Shown piece after piece: positions 41,015 to 53,719 of a DNA stretch of 64,000 bases; the stretch's first letter is position 1, and each line of letters begins with the position of its first letter. The stretch comes from Utricularia gibba (taxonomy: Eukaryota; Plantae; Magnoliophyta), in NCBI GenBank assembly GCA_002189035.1, contig NEEC01000010.1:1426001-1490000 (forward strand). The letters run 5' to 3'. Under the pieces are notes generated by a model that had not been told where the DNA came from, ran no database searches, and was given only the letters and a program-made list of their open reading frames with translations. Position numbers and translations under genes: made by a program.

Positions 41015-44000
41015 TCACAATTCATCTTTGAGATCATCATCGCCTCCCATTAGTTCGTCAAGTGAGAATTCGTCTTCTTCTATGATCTCTCCATCTTTTC
41101 CATCCCATGGCTCACTCCTCAGAATCTCTGCAACTCCTTCCAGAGGCAAGGTCCCTTTCCGCCCAGTCCAGCTTCTTTCACAAACTCGCTGCCATGGGGA
41201 TGAAACCAAAATTCAGTTGTTATGGTACCCGCCGCACATCTAGGAATGACAATGCTTACATGATTTGATCGTGTTGAAATGCGCTCTTGAGAGGGGCATA
41301 AGCTTTTTTCTTGAGGTTGAGTGCTATGAAAGCCGGATATCCGTAGCCTCCTACTCCCACTTGCCTCTCAAGGTTTGGTTGCTTAGTTGCCGCAGCCCAG
41401 AGATAGCTGTAATTTCAAGAGCATATGCTGAATATACAATACAAGATGGTTCACCGGCTCTAGGCAGGATAAGTGCTCTAGGTTCCTATTCAGAGGCCAC
41501 AAGTGCATCGAAGATTGCTATCTAGTAAGGGAATGGGTTGTGAGGTTCAAGGTTGAAGATGCGTCTCAACTAATGATCCTAATGGAAGGGATGTGAAGTT
41601 CAGTGCGCTTAGGAGAAAGTGTGAGGGTGTGTGTTTTGTTGGAAGGGTAAAGTGAATTGGGTTCTTCCTCACCTGTAAGGGCTTCTTTTGAACTTCTCTG
41701 CAACGGATAAGAGAAGTTGAAGATACTTGTTCCTGCCCTCAGCTTTGGAGTCCAAAATGTCAGGGAGGAAAGCAATAAAGCAGATCGCTGCAGGACCACA
41801 TTTCTCTTCCAGAACATCCTGGGAATAAAAATTTCACTTGAACAAAACAACAGGAAAAAGGTGCAATTCCCATAAATCACACACATGGATACAAGGAGCA
41901 TGCGTGCAAGATTAGTGAAAAAAAGGTGAGGTCTAACCTGGCTTGTAAGTTCAGTGACTTCAGGCGGGCTAGCATTCGCTTCCAGCTGCTCCAGAGCAAA
42001 AGCTTCAATTGCTGATGCGGATCTTGCCCCTTCATATGGAAAGGGGCTGTTTTTATCAGCTCCGAAGACCAAGATTGTGGGAAATCCTTGCACACCAAAC
42101 CTGCTCATCAAAGACTGACATGCAAGATTTGTTAGAGGCATGCCACCAAGTTCTGATTTGGGAAAAAAAAAAAGTCAGTTCACTATCACATGTACGGCAT
42201 AATGATTCCATTCGAACTGGAAATTTAAGGGAGACTCAGCCATGAAGAAACGAAAACTCACCTTCCCAGCTATAAATTCGGTTTTAAAATGTATTCATAG
42301 GTTTGTCACAGAAAGAAAGCCAATTAATAGGTTGATGTATTCTCCTCCAACAATGATGAACAAAAATCATATAATTCACCAACAATGTTAGCCCATATTC
42401 AAATGCTCTAGCGGCCATCAGATTCATCATTCATATGAAGCATTCAATATTTACTCCTTCCAAAACCAGTTCTGAATATATTCATATGTCCATTATAGTC
42501 GGCACTAATTGTTAAGTTAAAAAGATGAAAATGAACTTACCTTTTCAGCATCACAATCTACATGTCCCAACTTCACCTGCCCCTTGAGACTATTGGCAGC
42601 TTTCTTCCACTCTGGAGCGAGTTTCTTACAGTGGCCACACCTACAAAGAAGAAAAGGAATCAAGAGAGCCTAACTTCTTACTGCAAACATTTAAATTGCA
42701 GCAACCCAAAAATCTTAAGTGGTACAATCTAAATAATCACATCTGAAAATGGAACTAACCAGGGAGCAAAGAACTCCACAATCCATAGCTCTTTGCTTTT
42801 TATTACTGTTTCATCGAAGTTTTGAGAGTTCAGTTCAACGGATGCACTTGGTTCTGACTTCCCACGTGACCCTTCAGATGATTTACCATTGAGACGCTCA
42901 CTTAAAAGCGCCTTGATCTGGATGAGAATAGAGAAAATTCATAAAATGTGTTGGTATACATTGTTTCAAGTTGTTGACATGGTAATGAATAAAGCATCAA
43001 TGCCTGCTTCACGGCAAACTCAGCAATCGGCTTAGCTTCCCTAGCTCCTTGGTAGTCAACAGGGGATTTGCCGGGTGCAAAGACCTTAATTGTTGGGAAA
43101 CCTCTAATTCCATATTCCTGTGCATTTAATATTCCATAAACATCATCAATAGGCAGCATAAATGATTTCTGACTCCATGTCCATGAGAAGAGATTGCTAA
43201 TGCTCATCAATATAAAACCTTTCTGAAGGTAAGAAGGCGATGCTCATGAAGCAAAATTAAATCTCACATGACATCACCTGAGCGAGTGACTTGTGTTCAT
43301 CAGCATCTAGCGCTGCCACAGTTGCTACACCCTTCAAAATGTTAGCTACCTTCTCCCATGTGGGTGTCAAAGCCTGACAATGCCCGCACCATGGGGCATA
43401 GAACTCAACTAAGACTACTCCATTCGAATTCAAGACCTGCATTTGTGCCCCACTGCAACCGTTCAGAAAATTCACGTACATAAACGCTGCACTATATTAT
43501 TACGATCACACACTAAATCTGCACTTCACATGAATATTCATTTTCAGATTATCACACATCAAGTCCGGATATGGTATCCGAGGATGCTGCTATTATTATC
43601 AAAAAATTCACAAAAGCAAGAGACTTGTCACCCTAATGAAGCGATAAGCATGAAACAGCCATAGAAATTTACTATTACTAACTCCCATTTCAAATGATCA
43701 AAAGATTATCAGCAACAGGTTAAATAAGCAATCCCCAAGTCCTAGACAGCTCAAAAAATTTATCACTCTTTCCCAAATTCACCTAATGCTACAATGTTGC
43801 CGCAATTTTGCTGGATTACGCCCACGATTCAATAATAAAGATAGTCGACTAAAGCCAATAACTTGAAGAGAGATAGTATTTATTTATGCGGCGTCACCTA
43901 AACATCGCCATTGCACGAAACCCAGTAAAAAGACGACCATCGTCACCGCAGTAGTGGGTACTCATCAAATTTCAAACTCAAATGCATCCTCCAAAAATTT

Positions 44001-44218
44001 TCAACGCAATTGCTATCCGCAGGACTCTTAGACGTAAATCTAAACACCCCATGAAGAAATCAACAGCGTAAACTCACCTTCGACTTGAAATTGTTGGGAT
44101 TCAACTGAAGGACGGGTGACGATGATCCGTACAATGCGCACACACCATGTAAGCTTCCCGTAAGCTCTAAAACCATTACACAGCATAACAAGAGTGGAAT
44201 CAACGAAGCTTTATCCAT
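41015..44218 (-). CDS. PDIL2-3: Protein disulfide isomerase-like 2-2/2-3 (P5/PDIA6 type), with one apparent -1 homopolymer frameshift
   Basis: Signal peptide, two WCGHC thioredoxin sites, GFPTI loops, [10 protein letters not shown] and a C-terminal acidic tail with KDEL*. Nine exons. One G is missing at 41153-41155 (GGK-GTLPL). Confidence 0.93.
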
Positions 44219-44324
44219 GGCCACGAACTGCAACGACGAAATTAGACGAATCAAGACACTTGAGTAGGGATTGTTCTGCGTGCGAGAAACATTAATTGTT
44301 ACTTCCATGTTGCTCCGCGGTGAT

Positions 44325-44351
44325 ACGTGTCGGTACGTGTCGCAAGCCAAT
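44325..44351 (-). promoter_or_regulatory. Possible ER-stress-type elements (two ACACGT boxes plus ATTGG/CCAAT) upstream of PDIL
   Basis: ACGTGT at 44325-44330 and 44335-44340, CCAAT at 44347-44351, about 110-130 bp upstream of the ATG. Spacing does not match canonical ERSE. Confidence 0.25.
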
Positions 44352-44689
44352 AGAAATCTTACACCTCAGCAGAGTCGGACACCGTTCTTTTAGTGTGCTG
44401 GAATGGAGTGGACCTCGTGCAGCCCATTGTCCAAAAACGAGCCCAAATCAAACTTATAAGCACTCTAATTTCATAACGTCTACAACATGCACAAAATTTT
44501 ATGTTTTAAATGGATACGAGTGTATAATTTATTTATTCAATACTTTAAATAGATAGATGTGTCACTTAAATCTTATTCTAAAAGTTAGGTATTTAATATT
44601 ATAAACATTTTTATTAATATCATAAACATATTGATGAGCCAGCTGAATAGAATTATTTTACTTATTACATTAATTCCAAAATAAACAGG

Positions 44690-45330
44690 CAAAAAATCCA
44701 CCACCACCACCGCGGCCACCGCTCCACCGGTCCTACGACAGAAATCGTCAAACTCCTGGCATATCGGAAGCCAGTTAGCGCCGGCGTTTCCACTGTTAAC
44801 CAGATATACAATCGCTGCCGATGCTGCTGCAGCGGAAGTAGCCAGAGCCACTGCCAACTGCAACAAACCAAAAGGACTTTGACTTCAAGCGTCGAAGATG
44901 ATAAGGAAGAACCTCAGCGCCAGGGCTGCAGGTCGAACCATCTGGGCTATGGATAGGGGAACAGAAAGAATCAGGGAGCCAGCGACGATTGCCGAAGAAC
45001 CTGAATCTCTGAAAAATAGTAACGCACACATGTTAAAAACAAAGCCGTGTATACGAGAAGGAAAAGAGAGAAACAGAGCATGTGCTGACGTGAAAGTTGG
45101 AAGATCATTGTTAGTTGGCCTGGAACTGGAAGAACTGAGTGAAAAAGGGAAGAGTTTGTTGAGTGGTTTCCATGGTGATGGCTGCAGCCAAAGCAGCGAT
45201 GCAGGCAATAACACGAAGGACCAAAACAAAAACTGGGACGCCCCTTTTGCCTAAGGCAGCCCTTGGTTGTTCGACCTCTAACGGCGCTCCAAGGAGGGGA
45301 ACCTTTCTTGTTACGTTGCTGAGCCTGAAA
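44690..45330 (-). pseudogene. CASP: Casparian strip membrane protein (CASP1-5 type) pseudogene
   Basis: KRGVPVFVLVLRVIACIAALAAAITMETTQQTLPFFTQFFQFQAN*, ...DLPTF, AIVAGSLILSVPLS...LRFFLIIFDA and [29 protein letters not shown]. Lesions: stop/+1 at 45111-45113, a deletion after the intron-1 acceptor, a lost intron-2 donor, a truncated last TM, and no in-frame ATG. Confidence 0.85.
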
Positions 45331-46148
45331 TCTGGTTACTGGGCGAGCAGGATAACTGAAAGGAGGAAACTCAACCAGATCTTCCAAGATCGGTTGAGAA
45401 GTTTCTGTCCTCTTCTTTCTACCTATGGTTGAAAGAAGGAAGAAGAACTACAAAAGTCTGGGATCAAAAAACTATCCCATGACAGATTCGGTAATATCTA
45501 CTTAAGGTCATGCATTTCCTCACACCCACCGGCACTCGTCTCTAATGTGATGTGACTGCTCGCTCCTTCCTATTGTAGACTCTATCCCCTTGGAGAGTCT
45601 GACCGCCTCCTTTCCATGTCTCTTCAGGTGCTGTCGGTTCAGCTAAACTGTTTGGCGGCGTTGCTGTCTCCTTATGTTCTTGTCGGGTGTCTCCAGCCTT
45701 GCACTGTTCTTTGGGGTTCATCACATTTCTCTTCTCTTTTTTTTGTTTCCCTGGTATCTTTGCTTGTTTCCTTAATTTCAACGGCGGTGGATTCTGTTTT
45801 CTCCATCCCTGTATACTATAAAGATGAGAATAGAAGTCAGGGACTAGATTTCTCCGGTTGCATTTATACAGAACGAAATGGATGATGCCATTAGAAGAAT
45901 ATGGAGCAGGTAAGATAAGAGGTGTTGTCAGTGGGACTAAAGTGGAATTCCTTATTGGGGCTGATAGCTTTGACACTAGAAAATAACAGTGGAGTTGATA
46001 CATGTGCAGCAAAACGAATAAATTCAACCAAAAACTTCAAAATCAGCAACGTTGCAGCTCAAATATAATCCCGACAAGGAAATTTCCTATAAATTACTCA
46101 CTGGTATGTCTCGGATTCTCTCCATGTCAGCTGGAGGTGATGAGGAGC

Positions 46149-48373
46149 TCATTGTTGAAACGCAAGTTGCCATTGGCGTTCAGCCAATGCTTTAACTACT
46201 TCAGCAGCAGCCATTTCGGTGTCACGCAGTGGAGAATAGTGCCAGGGAATGAAAATCTGTTCAAGGAGAACGAATTTAGAAATAAAGATAACTTCAAGAA
46301 CCAACAACACTTATGTGAAGGAGATCTTATTACATTTTCTTCAACAGTGAAGAGGCGAACTGCTTTTAAACTCTGTAGGGATTTCAGAAAATAAGACATC
46401 TTCCCCTTACAATGCTCCGCCCCAATTACATAAACAGGTTTTCTGCAGGATAAAAAATCCATAAATTGACTAACACTTGCGCATGGTAAGGTTTGGAAAA
46501 GAAATATTTCTATGAAAAGCTTGTCTTGTACCCCGTGCTACATGCTTCGCTCAACATACTCACTGAATCAGCGGTGATGAGAAACGCATCTGCCCAAGCT
46601 AAGTGTCCCATGTGTGGATTTGGATCTCAAAAAGGGCCACGCCACCAAATGTCAGATAGCTCGAAACCCAGATGCGTATGGTAGAACATGACTGTAATGC
46701 AATCATATTATGCACAACATATTTATATTTGAAATCATCCAGTACCTTCTCCATTCCAGATGTAAACTTTAGGATTTTTTGAGAGCCTTCTCACAAGGAA
46801 GTCAGATATCTGTTTCCATAGAAAGAGTATAGACTTTTAGTCAACAGAACAAAACCATAAAGTTCTAAGTGCACATACATATTTGGGAGTTCGTCGTGAG
46901 AACGAAATTCTGATGCTGCCACAATCTGGAAGGACCCTATTCAGCGAGGCCATCAGCTGCATGGCCAGATCAACACCATATTTGCAATGCCCTACACAAG
47001 CAGGGTCTCAGGACAGCCGACAGTTATTCAAGGGCAAGTTCTGGAATGGAAAACGTAGTGAAAATTCCTACTTGAAGGTCCGCCAATGCATATTACGAGA
47101 AGGGGCTTAGGGAGATGCACCATGACATTGTGCCACAAAGAAGCTGCATTTTTCAAAGCAACAGAATCTGCCTGGTGGAGAGCTCCAGTTGTAAGGACCT
47201 AATAGCATCGTTTGATTCAGAAGTAATCATAATTTAATCCCATCCACAAATGAAAAAATAAAAAATTCAATGAAGCAAATGCTCTAACACTTAGAGTACA
47301 TACCACATTTTTTTCAGGAGGCTCTCTAGGTGTTATCAACCTTCTTAGAAAGAAAGGAATTTCTTTCTGTCCCTCAGGTGTCAAATGGTAATAATCATGA
47401 CGAGGTACGATTACCAGATCAAATCTCTCTAGAAAATATCACGGATGTTGTATCTGTAGTACGATAAACTTATCATTCCCAAGAGTTAACGCAAAAATAC
47501 ACTGCGAGCAAGCTTTCCAAAATCAAAGAAAGAAGCATCACACATTTGACATCCTGTGTCGTTGTATTTTTTAAGGCAATAATAAAGCATATAGTTAATC
47601 TCAAAAGCAGATTCTGTTGACACCCTTGAATAAGGCACCGAAATGGAGAAATGGAGAAAAAACATACTTGAATAAGGAACACATTTTTTGGAGCCAATTT
47701 CTTAGTGGAACACGCAACACCGATTGTGTCACGGCCTGATGCAACCAGCAAAATGGGACCATCCCTTAAAAAAAGAAAAAAAAAACAGCATCCATTTTGT
47801 TAAGAAAACCTCAGGCCAGCAACACAAGATGTTCAAAAAACCAAAGGGGGTATCAAGAAAGCACCTTTCAAATGTATCAAAAGCCATTTTAGCAATTTCC
47901 CTTGCATCCGGTTGAAGAGTACCTGACTTGCATTGAAAACTGTTAGTAAAAAAAAAATCATTATTCGAATTGACGATCCACAAAAAATACGCCTAAAAAC
48001 CATCACCTTTGCCATCAGAGTGAGACGACAGGCACTTATTTCCCGAGAATCCATCCCAAAGAATACGCTTTACAGCCCGATCGAGCTGTCTGTGGACAGA
48101 AACTGGCAACCAACGGAGCTTCTCGTTGATACCTCCTGCTGGACGAGTAACACGCTGGAATCGGCGAACATACCAAACAAGGAGCACACATCATCCTCAA
48201 AGACCGTTCATTGAAAAAAAGGAATACTTTTACGCAGAGATATCCATGATTACATATAGTGTACATTGGTTGGCCAATCCCAGAGCTCGAACCAAGCCAA
48301 TACACTGATTTTCTGCTCCTGCAAAGCCGTTGCTGAAAACAATTGCTCTCCTTACGCTCTGGACGGACTTCAT
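46149..48373 (-). pseudogene. ELM1: Mitochondrial fission protein ELM1-like with a single in-frame TGA
   Basis: Exons: VRRAIVFSNGFAGAENQCIGLVRALGL, RVTRPAGGINEKLRWLPVS, LLVASGRDT, IQHP*YFLERFDLVIVPRHDYY, VLTTGALHQ, IRISFSRRTP, PNPHMGHLAWADAFLITADSVSMLSEACSTG|KPVYVIG and YSPLRDT. TGA at 47441-47439 where homologs have Arg. Confidence 0.85.
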
Positions 48374-48459
48374 CCCTGGGCTACAGTTGTTTGTTGTTGG
48401 TTTTTTGAATTTGAAAATGTGTTTGCCATATATCTTGTAGCAGAAATCTATCAATAATC

Positions 48460-48539
<80 letters not shown>
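48460..48539 (+). tRNA. tRNA-Leu (anticodon UAG)
   Basis: GACAGTTTGGCCGAGTGGTCTAAGGCGCCAGATTTAGGCTCTGGTCCGAAAGGGCGTGGGTTCAAATCCCACAGCTGTCA. Paired acceptor stem, A and B boxes, anticodon stem CCAGA/TCTGG around TTTAGGC, long variable arm, and a downstream T-run. Confidence 0.97.
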
Positions 48540-49108
48540 GTCTCCGATTATTTTTGCATTCATTCAATTATGTGAAAAATAGAACCCTTTTTAAAATACA
48601 AGGATGTTTTAGTCAGTTAGATTTATGATGAGATCTTGATTTGACTGATATCAATCTGTTGGCAGAAAACGCACACCTCTACATAATTTAATCAACTTAT
48701 AAGCTACTTAAAATAACTTATAAGTTATGCGCTGCTCTTACCCATTTCTTTAATAACAGTATAATATTAATTATAAATTAAGAAAAAAAAAGCATTGCTA
48801 GATGAAACGATCAACTACTGTTAGAAATTAATTAGCGCTGTCGGTAGTCAAAATGGGGAAAATTGGCCCCTATACCTGTTTCATATCCATTTTAGCGTTT
48901 TCGGTAGTCGGTAGATGAGAAATTTCTCTTTAACCACTAAATTTATCACTAACTACAAAAAGTACCTCGAACTTGTTGCCAAAAGGGACCTCTATTTATA
49001 ATGAAATATGAAACCGCTCCTTCCTCGTTTTATATGTATGCATCCGGCGAAGAAAGATGGAAGGAACACAGGGAACGAAAGCCAGCGGTTATTTCGCCGC
49101 CGTGAGGA

Positions 49109-50509
49109 ATGGCCGTCTCCGATGAAAAATGTTGCGATTATTCTAGAGTTCTAGGAAACATTGAGAACAACTGGCGTCTCGCGGTGACTTGCGGGACCGG
49201 CGTTACGGCGCTTGCTCTCATGGTGGCGAGGGCGGAATCAGAAGCCTCCGAGTCTCGGTTCATGAAAACGCTTGGCTGCAAAAAACTTCAGTTTATCAAA
49301 TCCGCCGCCCCCTCACTATCGGAGATCACCGTTCACAAGCGGAAACCCTGCAAATCCTCGAAAGCCTCATATCCCTTGAAATCTCCCCCCTTCCATACAG
49401 TCCTGGAACATGAGATCAACAAAAATACAAATGGTGTCCTTGCGGACTTTCCTTCCATACAATAAATGTGGGGTTAAAGAAAGAATGTTTCAGCTTGCTG
49501 ACATTTGCACACAACTACCCCATGTCCAATGGGACCAATCGTAGCTGCTTTCCCCTGTGGGAGCTTCCTTTCATTGAATGTGTCTGTAAATAATCATAAA
49601 TGTTAAAAACTTTAAACAACTGGTGAATCAGACGTCAATAAGAAGTGAAGTGCCCCCACTGATGACCTGAAGTGGGAAGCAAGAACATTGCTAGTTTCCC
49701 AGAGGTTGGAATACAAAATGCCTACAGTTTCCAAAAATAAAGTTGATGCATGAATCAAACACCTCAAATCTTCAAGAGATATAACTTTGAAACTTCCAGG
49801 GGTGCAAAAGCAGGGGAATTAAAGTCTGTGGAGTGCTCTCTTCTGTTGCTTTACTCGCTATTCATTCAACAAAGGAAGGAAAAAAGAAGCATGGAGTTGT
49901 GACTATCATTGATAGCAAATGTTACCTCCAGCCTCCACTATCCCCTCGTCACTTTGGTAAGCAAAGTGGATAAGCATATTTTTGGTGATCATAACATGGA
50001 AATCAATGATTTTTTTCCCCAGGGTTCTACCACTCTGCAATCCTCAGTCTATGCACAGTTAAAGGAACTGAAACGCTATGGGTACCGGCAGCAGGCTGCT
50101 ATTCAGAGTTTTCCCGTTTCAGGACTTATAACAAACACATAACAGACATGGCGGATCTCAACTTTCTCATGGCCAGAGCCATCGAGAACCCCGGGCTGAC
50201 GCCGTCCTCCGAAGCTCTCTGTTATCGGTATTCTAGGACCCCGTGATCGATAATTCCGGAGAAATCAGGGAACGAGTCGACGTCGAGGATTACATGGACT
50301 GCGCATCCACCCACAGAATTGGGCCCTCAATCGCAGTTTTCGACACCGTCCGCGACAGCAAACTCGACTGCATGTTAGAGTATCCTTCTCCGCTGCATTC
50401 GAGGGAGCAGATGCGGGAAATCGCGGCCAAGATGACGGCTATGCTTCGTCACCGGTGCGGCGACAATTCCGATTCCGCATGTAATGAGATTAGTTTGCAA
50501 TGGACTTAA
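49109..50509 (+). pseudogene. Condensation-domain / PapA5-like acyltransferase (At3g52610-like) pseudogene
   Basis: RVLGNIENNWRLAVTCGTGVTALAL, PFHTVLEHEINKNT, CKSRGIKVCGVL, F|GFYHSAIL, KHITDMADLNFLMARAIENPGLTPSS and VEDYMDCASTHRIGPSIAVFDTVRDSKLDCMLEYPSPLHSREQM. Several frameshifts or deletions plus TAG at 50234-50236. Confidence 0.8.
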
Positions 50510-52287
50510 TATTTGCTTTTGGTGAATAAAAAAACAACCTGCCTTTTGTTGTTTTAATATTAAATAATTTAGAATTTTTTAACTAATTAATAATATATTT
50601 AAATTATTTATTTATAAATAAATAAATCTCACATAGATAAAATTAATAATATGTTTAATATATGAATTTTATAAATATATACTTGAGATAATATTGTAGT
50701 TAATAAATATATTTAGAATAATAAAAAAAACGAATATTAATTGATTAATAAAACTCATACAAGATACGAATTTTCAAAAATACATTTGGAAGTATTATAT
50801 AAGTATATTATAAATCACACATACAATTACGTATATCATAATTTTCAATATACATATATTTAAAATTATGGATATTTGGAACTCCAGTAAAAAAGGATGT
50901 GGTGAGGTTAATTGAAACAACAATTATATTAATGCATATTTAAATGAACGTGATTATAAAACTATTCGGTAAAACATCAATCAAATGAACATACTTTATG
51001 TAAATTAATCTTTAACATTTATTATAAATTACTAATATTATACTAGTTTAAATCCAATTTAAATATCACGAATTTATTCAATCGCTCTGGAGAAAGTCCA
51101 TTTGAAGTTGGATGAGGTGAAATTAGATCAAATTTTTTAATTTTAAAAATGCAGCTTAAAAAATTTAAAATCTGGTACATAACTTACAATAATGTCACTA
51201 TCTCGTAGCGTGTGATGAATTATGAAATTTCAATAATAATTTTCTCGAAATTTATATGAATAATACAAAAAAAAATAGTGGTACGGCCCTTGTTCAACAA
51301 CATTTCTATGCTTCAAATGCGCATCCACCATTTTGAAAATGGGCTACTGATCTACCCCAATAATTGTATTTGATTTATCGTGTCCCCCATTGGACCGGGT
51401 TTACTTCGTGTTGTAGCTGAAAGAACAAGCACTAGCCCTCTTTTGACATTCAAAACTCTCCCCCGTTTCTGGATCATTTCTGGTCAACTTCTTTATGAGC
51501 CTCTACTCACAGACCGTAATGTTACTAGTGTTTTCTAGTGTGGTTTTCTATGGAACCCTGGAACTTATTCTTTGTAAAGGAAAGTTATGTTTTGTGTAGT
51601 TCCAAAAAAGTGCACTTCAATTTTTACTGAAGTTATCCCAACTTCTAAAAAAATGGAAATAGTTCACTGTTTTAACTTTATGAAAAATGGAAGCAGTGCA
51701 TGTTTTATCCAATAATCAATTCTAGAAGTGTATTTATTGAAACTTGAGATACACTAAAAACCCAAAATGAGACTGGAGTTAGATGAGGTTGAGGTTCCTT
51801 TTGTAGCAGCTACAGTGTTTAGAAGAATGAGGAGTTTGAGTCTCCAAGTGAGCTGAGGACTCACAGTCTGTTAAGTTGTCATAGAATTATTTTGGCGCAT
51901 TTGAGCTACAACCCGATGGATGCTGATGCTGGCTTCACTGTGATTGGAGAATCCTGCTCTGCAGTCTGAGTCCTAAATGGCTTGGACTGGACCTTGACAG
52001 CTTCTCCCTCTACCATTACTACTGAGTTTTCCAGTGATAATTGGAGATTATGGAAGAAAAGAAGGTTGAAAGTTGCAGAACATCTCCCATAATTGCGTGT
52101 CCATTTGTCAAAGTTTTCAAGGAGGATTAAATGACATTGAAGTCAAATAAAGTGGAGTACAGCCTTCTGGGAAAGGAGATGCATGCAATAGAATTGAGTC
52201 TTTGGGGCGCATTTACAAATGCGCGTCGCGAACACGGATAAAAGATTCAATCTTGTTGCACAAGCACACGCTACTCCTGGAACCCAA

Positions 52288-53719
52288 ATGAGAATGACGG
52301 AGATTCTCCATTTCGCACCTTCTTGCTCTCCGACTTCAGTCACCAAGAACGATGGGAATCAGCACCAGCAGCAAACGTTTCTCGGAACTGAGGCTATTTT
52401 CAGGACTCCCTTGTACAGGCGACGTCGTTCTAGCAGAAAAACAGCTGTACAAACAGAGGATGAGTGGACGAAGGAAGGGGACCTTTTTAGAGTTTTGCTC
52501 GCTATTTTAAGGAAATCTTTGGTTGGTTGCAGTGGCCCTGGAATAGAACAGCAAATAATGGAAATCGGGTGGCCTACAGATGTTAAACATGTTGCCCATG
52601 TTACGTTTGATCGGTTTAATGGCTTTCTTGGGCTTCCTGTTGAGCTTTTACCTGAAATTCCCAGTAAACCTCCCAGTGCAAGGTACATTTTCTTCAAGTT
52701 TTCGTGAGTTTTCTTTGATGGGATTTTAAGAATCTCGTATTGTTTCAGTACCAGTGTTTTTGGAGTTTCCACAGAGTCTATGCAGCTGACATTTGATTCG
52801 AGAGGAAACTGCGTTCCTACCATACTGCTGATGATGCAAAGGAGCCTCTATTCACAAGATGGGTTAAAGGTAAACACCATGTCAAGTTCTGGTTTTTATC
52901 CATAAATTTGAGACATTTTCGACTCCCATTTCAGTCTGAAGGAATTTTCAGAATCAACCCCGAAAATAGTCGAGAAGAGCAAGCCAGGGAGCAGCTGAAT
53001 CAAGGGTTGATTCCAGAGAACGTTGATGTTCACTGTTTAGCATCCCTTATCAAGGTTCCCTTTTAGCTGTACTGTTGATCTTTTGAAGGTTTCTTATCAT
53101 GATTTCTGTTCTTATTCAAAGGCTTGGTTCAGAGAGCTACCTCATGGGATACTGGATTCACTGCCACTGGAGAAGATGATGAGGGCGCATTCAGCAGACG
53201 AATGTGAGCATCTTGTGAATCTTCTACCTCAGCCAGAAGCCGCATTGCTGAAGTGGGCAGTTGATCTAATGGCTGATGTTGTCGTGTTTGAGCCTTCGAA
53301 CAAGATGAATGCGCATAACATTGCCATGGTTTTCGCACCCAACATGACCAAGGTAAGTGATCCTTTTACACGGCGTCTTCATCATGAAAAAGCAACAATG
53401 TCCATTGAGAGCTGCTGTGATGCCGCAGATTTCTGATCCTCTGACCGCCTTGATGCACTCTGTCCAAGTGATGAATCTTCTCAAGACACTCATAGTGAAA
53501 AACTCCGGCGAGCGGAAAGGCTGCTTGCTCAAAGATCATCACCCCATCGATCCGACAACCCAGGGAGTGAGTGCCGCAACACTTGAAGCTGGAGCCATTC
53601 CCTGTCATCCTGTAAACTCTCCTGCCACGGCGGAGGAAAGAGGCACGCAGGAGGCGGGGCATGAAACTGGATCCGGGCAAATTCGGGTTGCAGACGTACG
53701 ATCTGCTATGATCGTGTGA
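52288..53719 (+). CDS. Rho GTPase-activating protein (CRIB plus RhoGAP; RopGAP family)
   Basis: CRIB MEIGWPTDVKHVAHVTFDRFNGFLGLP, then SVFGVSTESMQ, EGIFRIN (Arg finger), AWFRELP, NKMNAHNIAMVFAPNMT and DPLTALMHSVQVMN. Five exons. Start at 52288 or 52294. Confidence 0.93.

Noticed and set aside
47040-47110. Suspected extra frameshift in the ELM1 KPLLVICIGGP exon
   Set aside because: On rereading, the frame is intact (CTC GTA ATA TGC ATT GGC).
49300-49800. Apparent minus-strand spliced ORF (AFCIPTSGKL...GPIGHG)
   Set aside because: The plus strand carries the recognisable acyltransferase motifs, so the minus-strand reading is coincidental.
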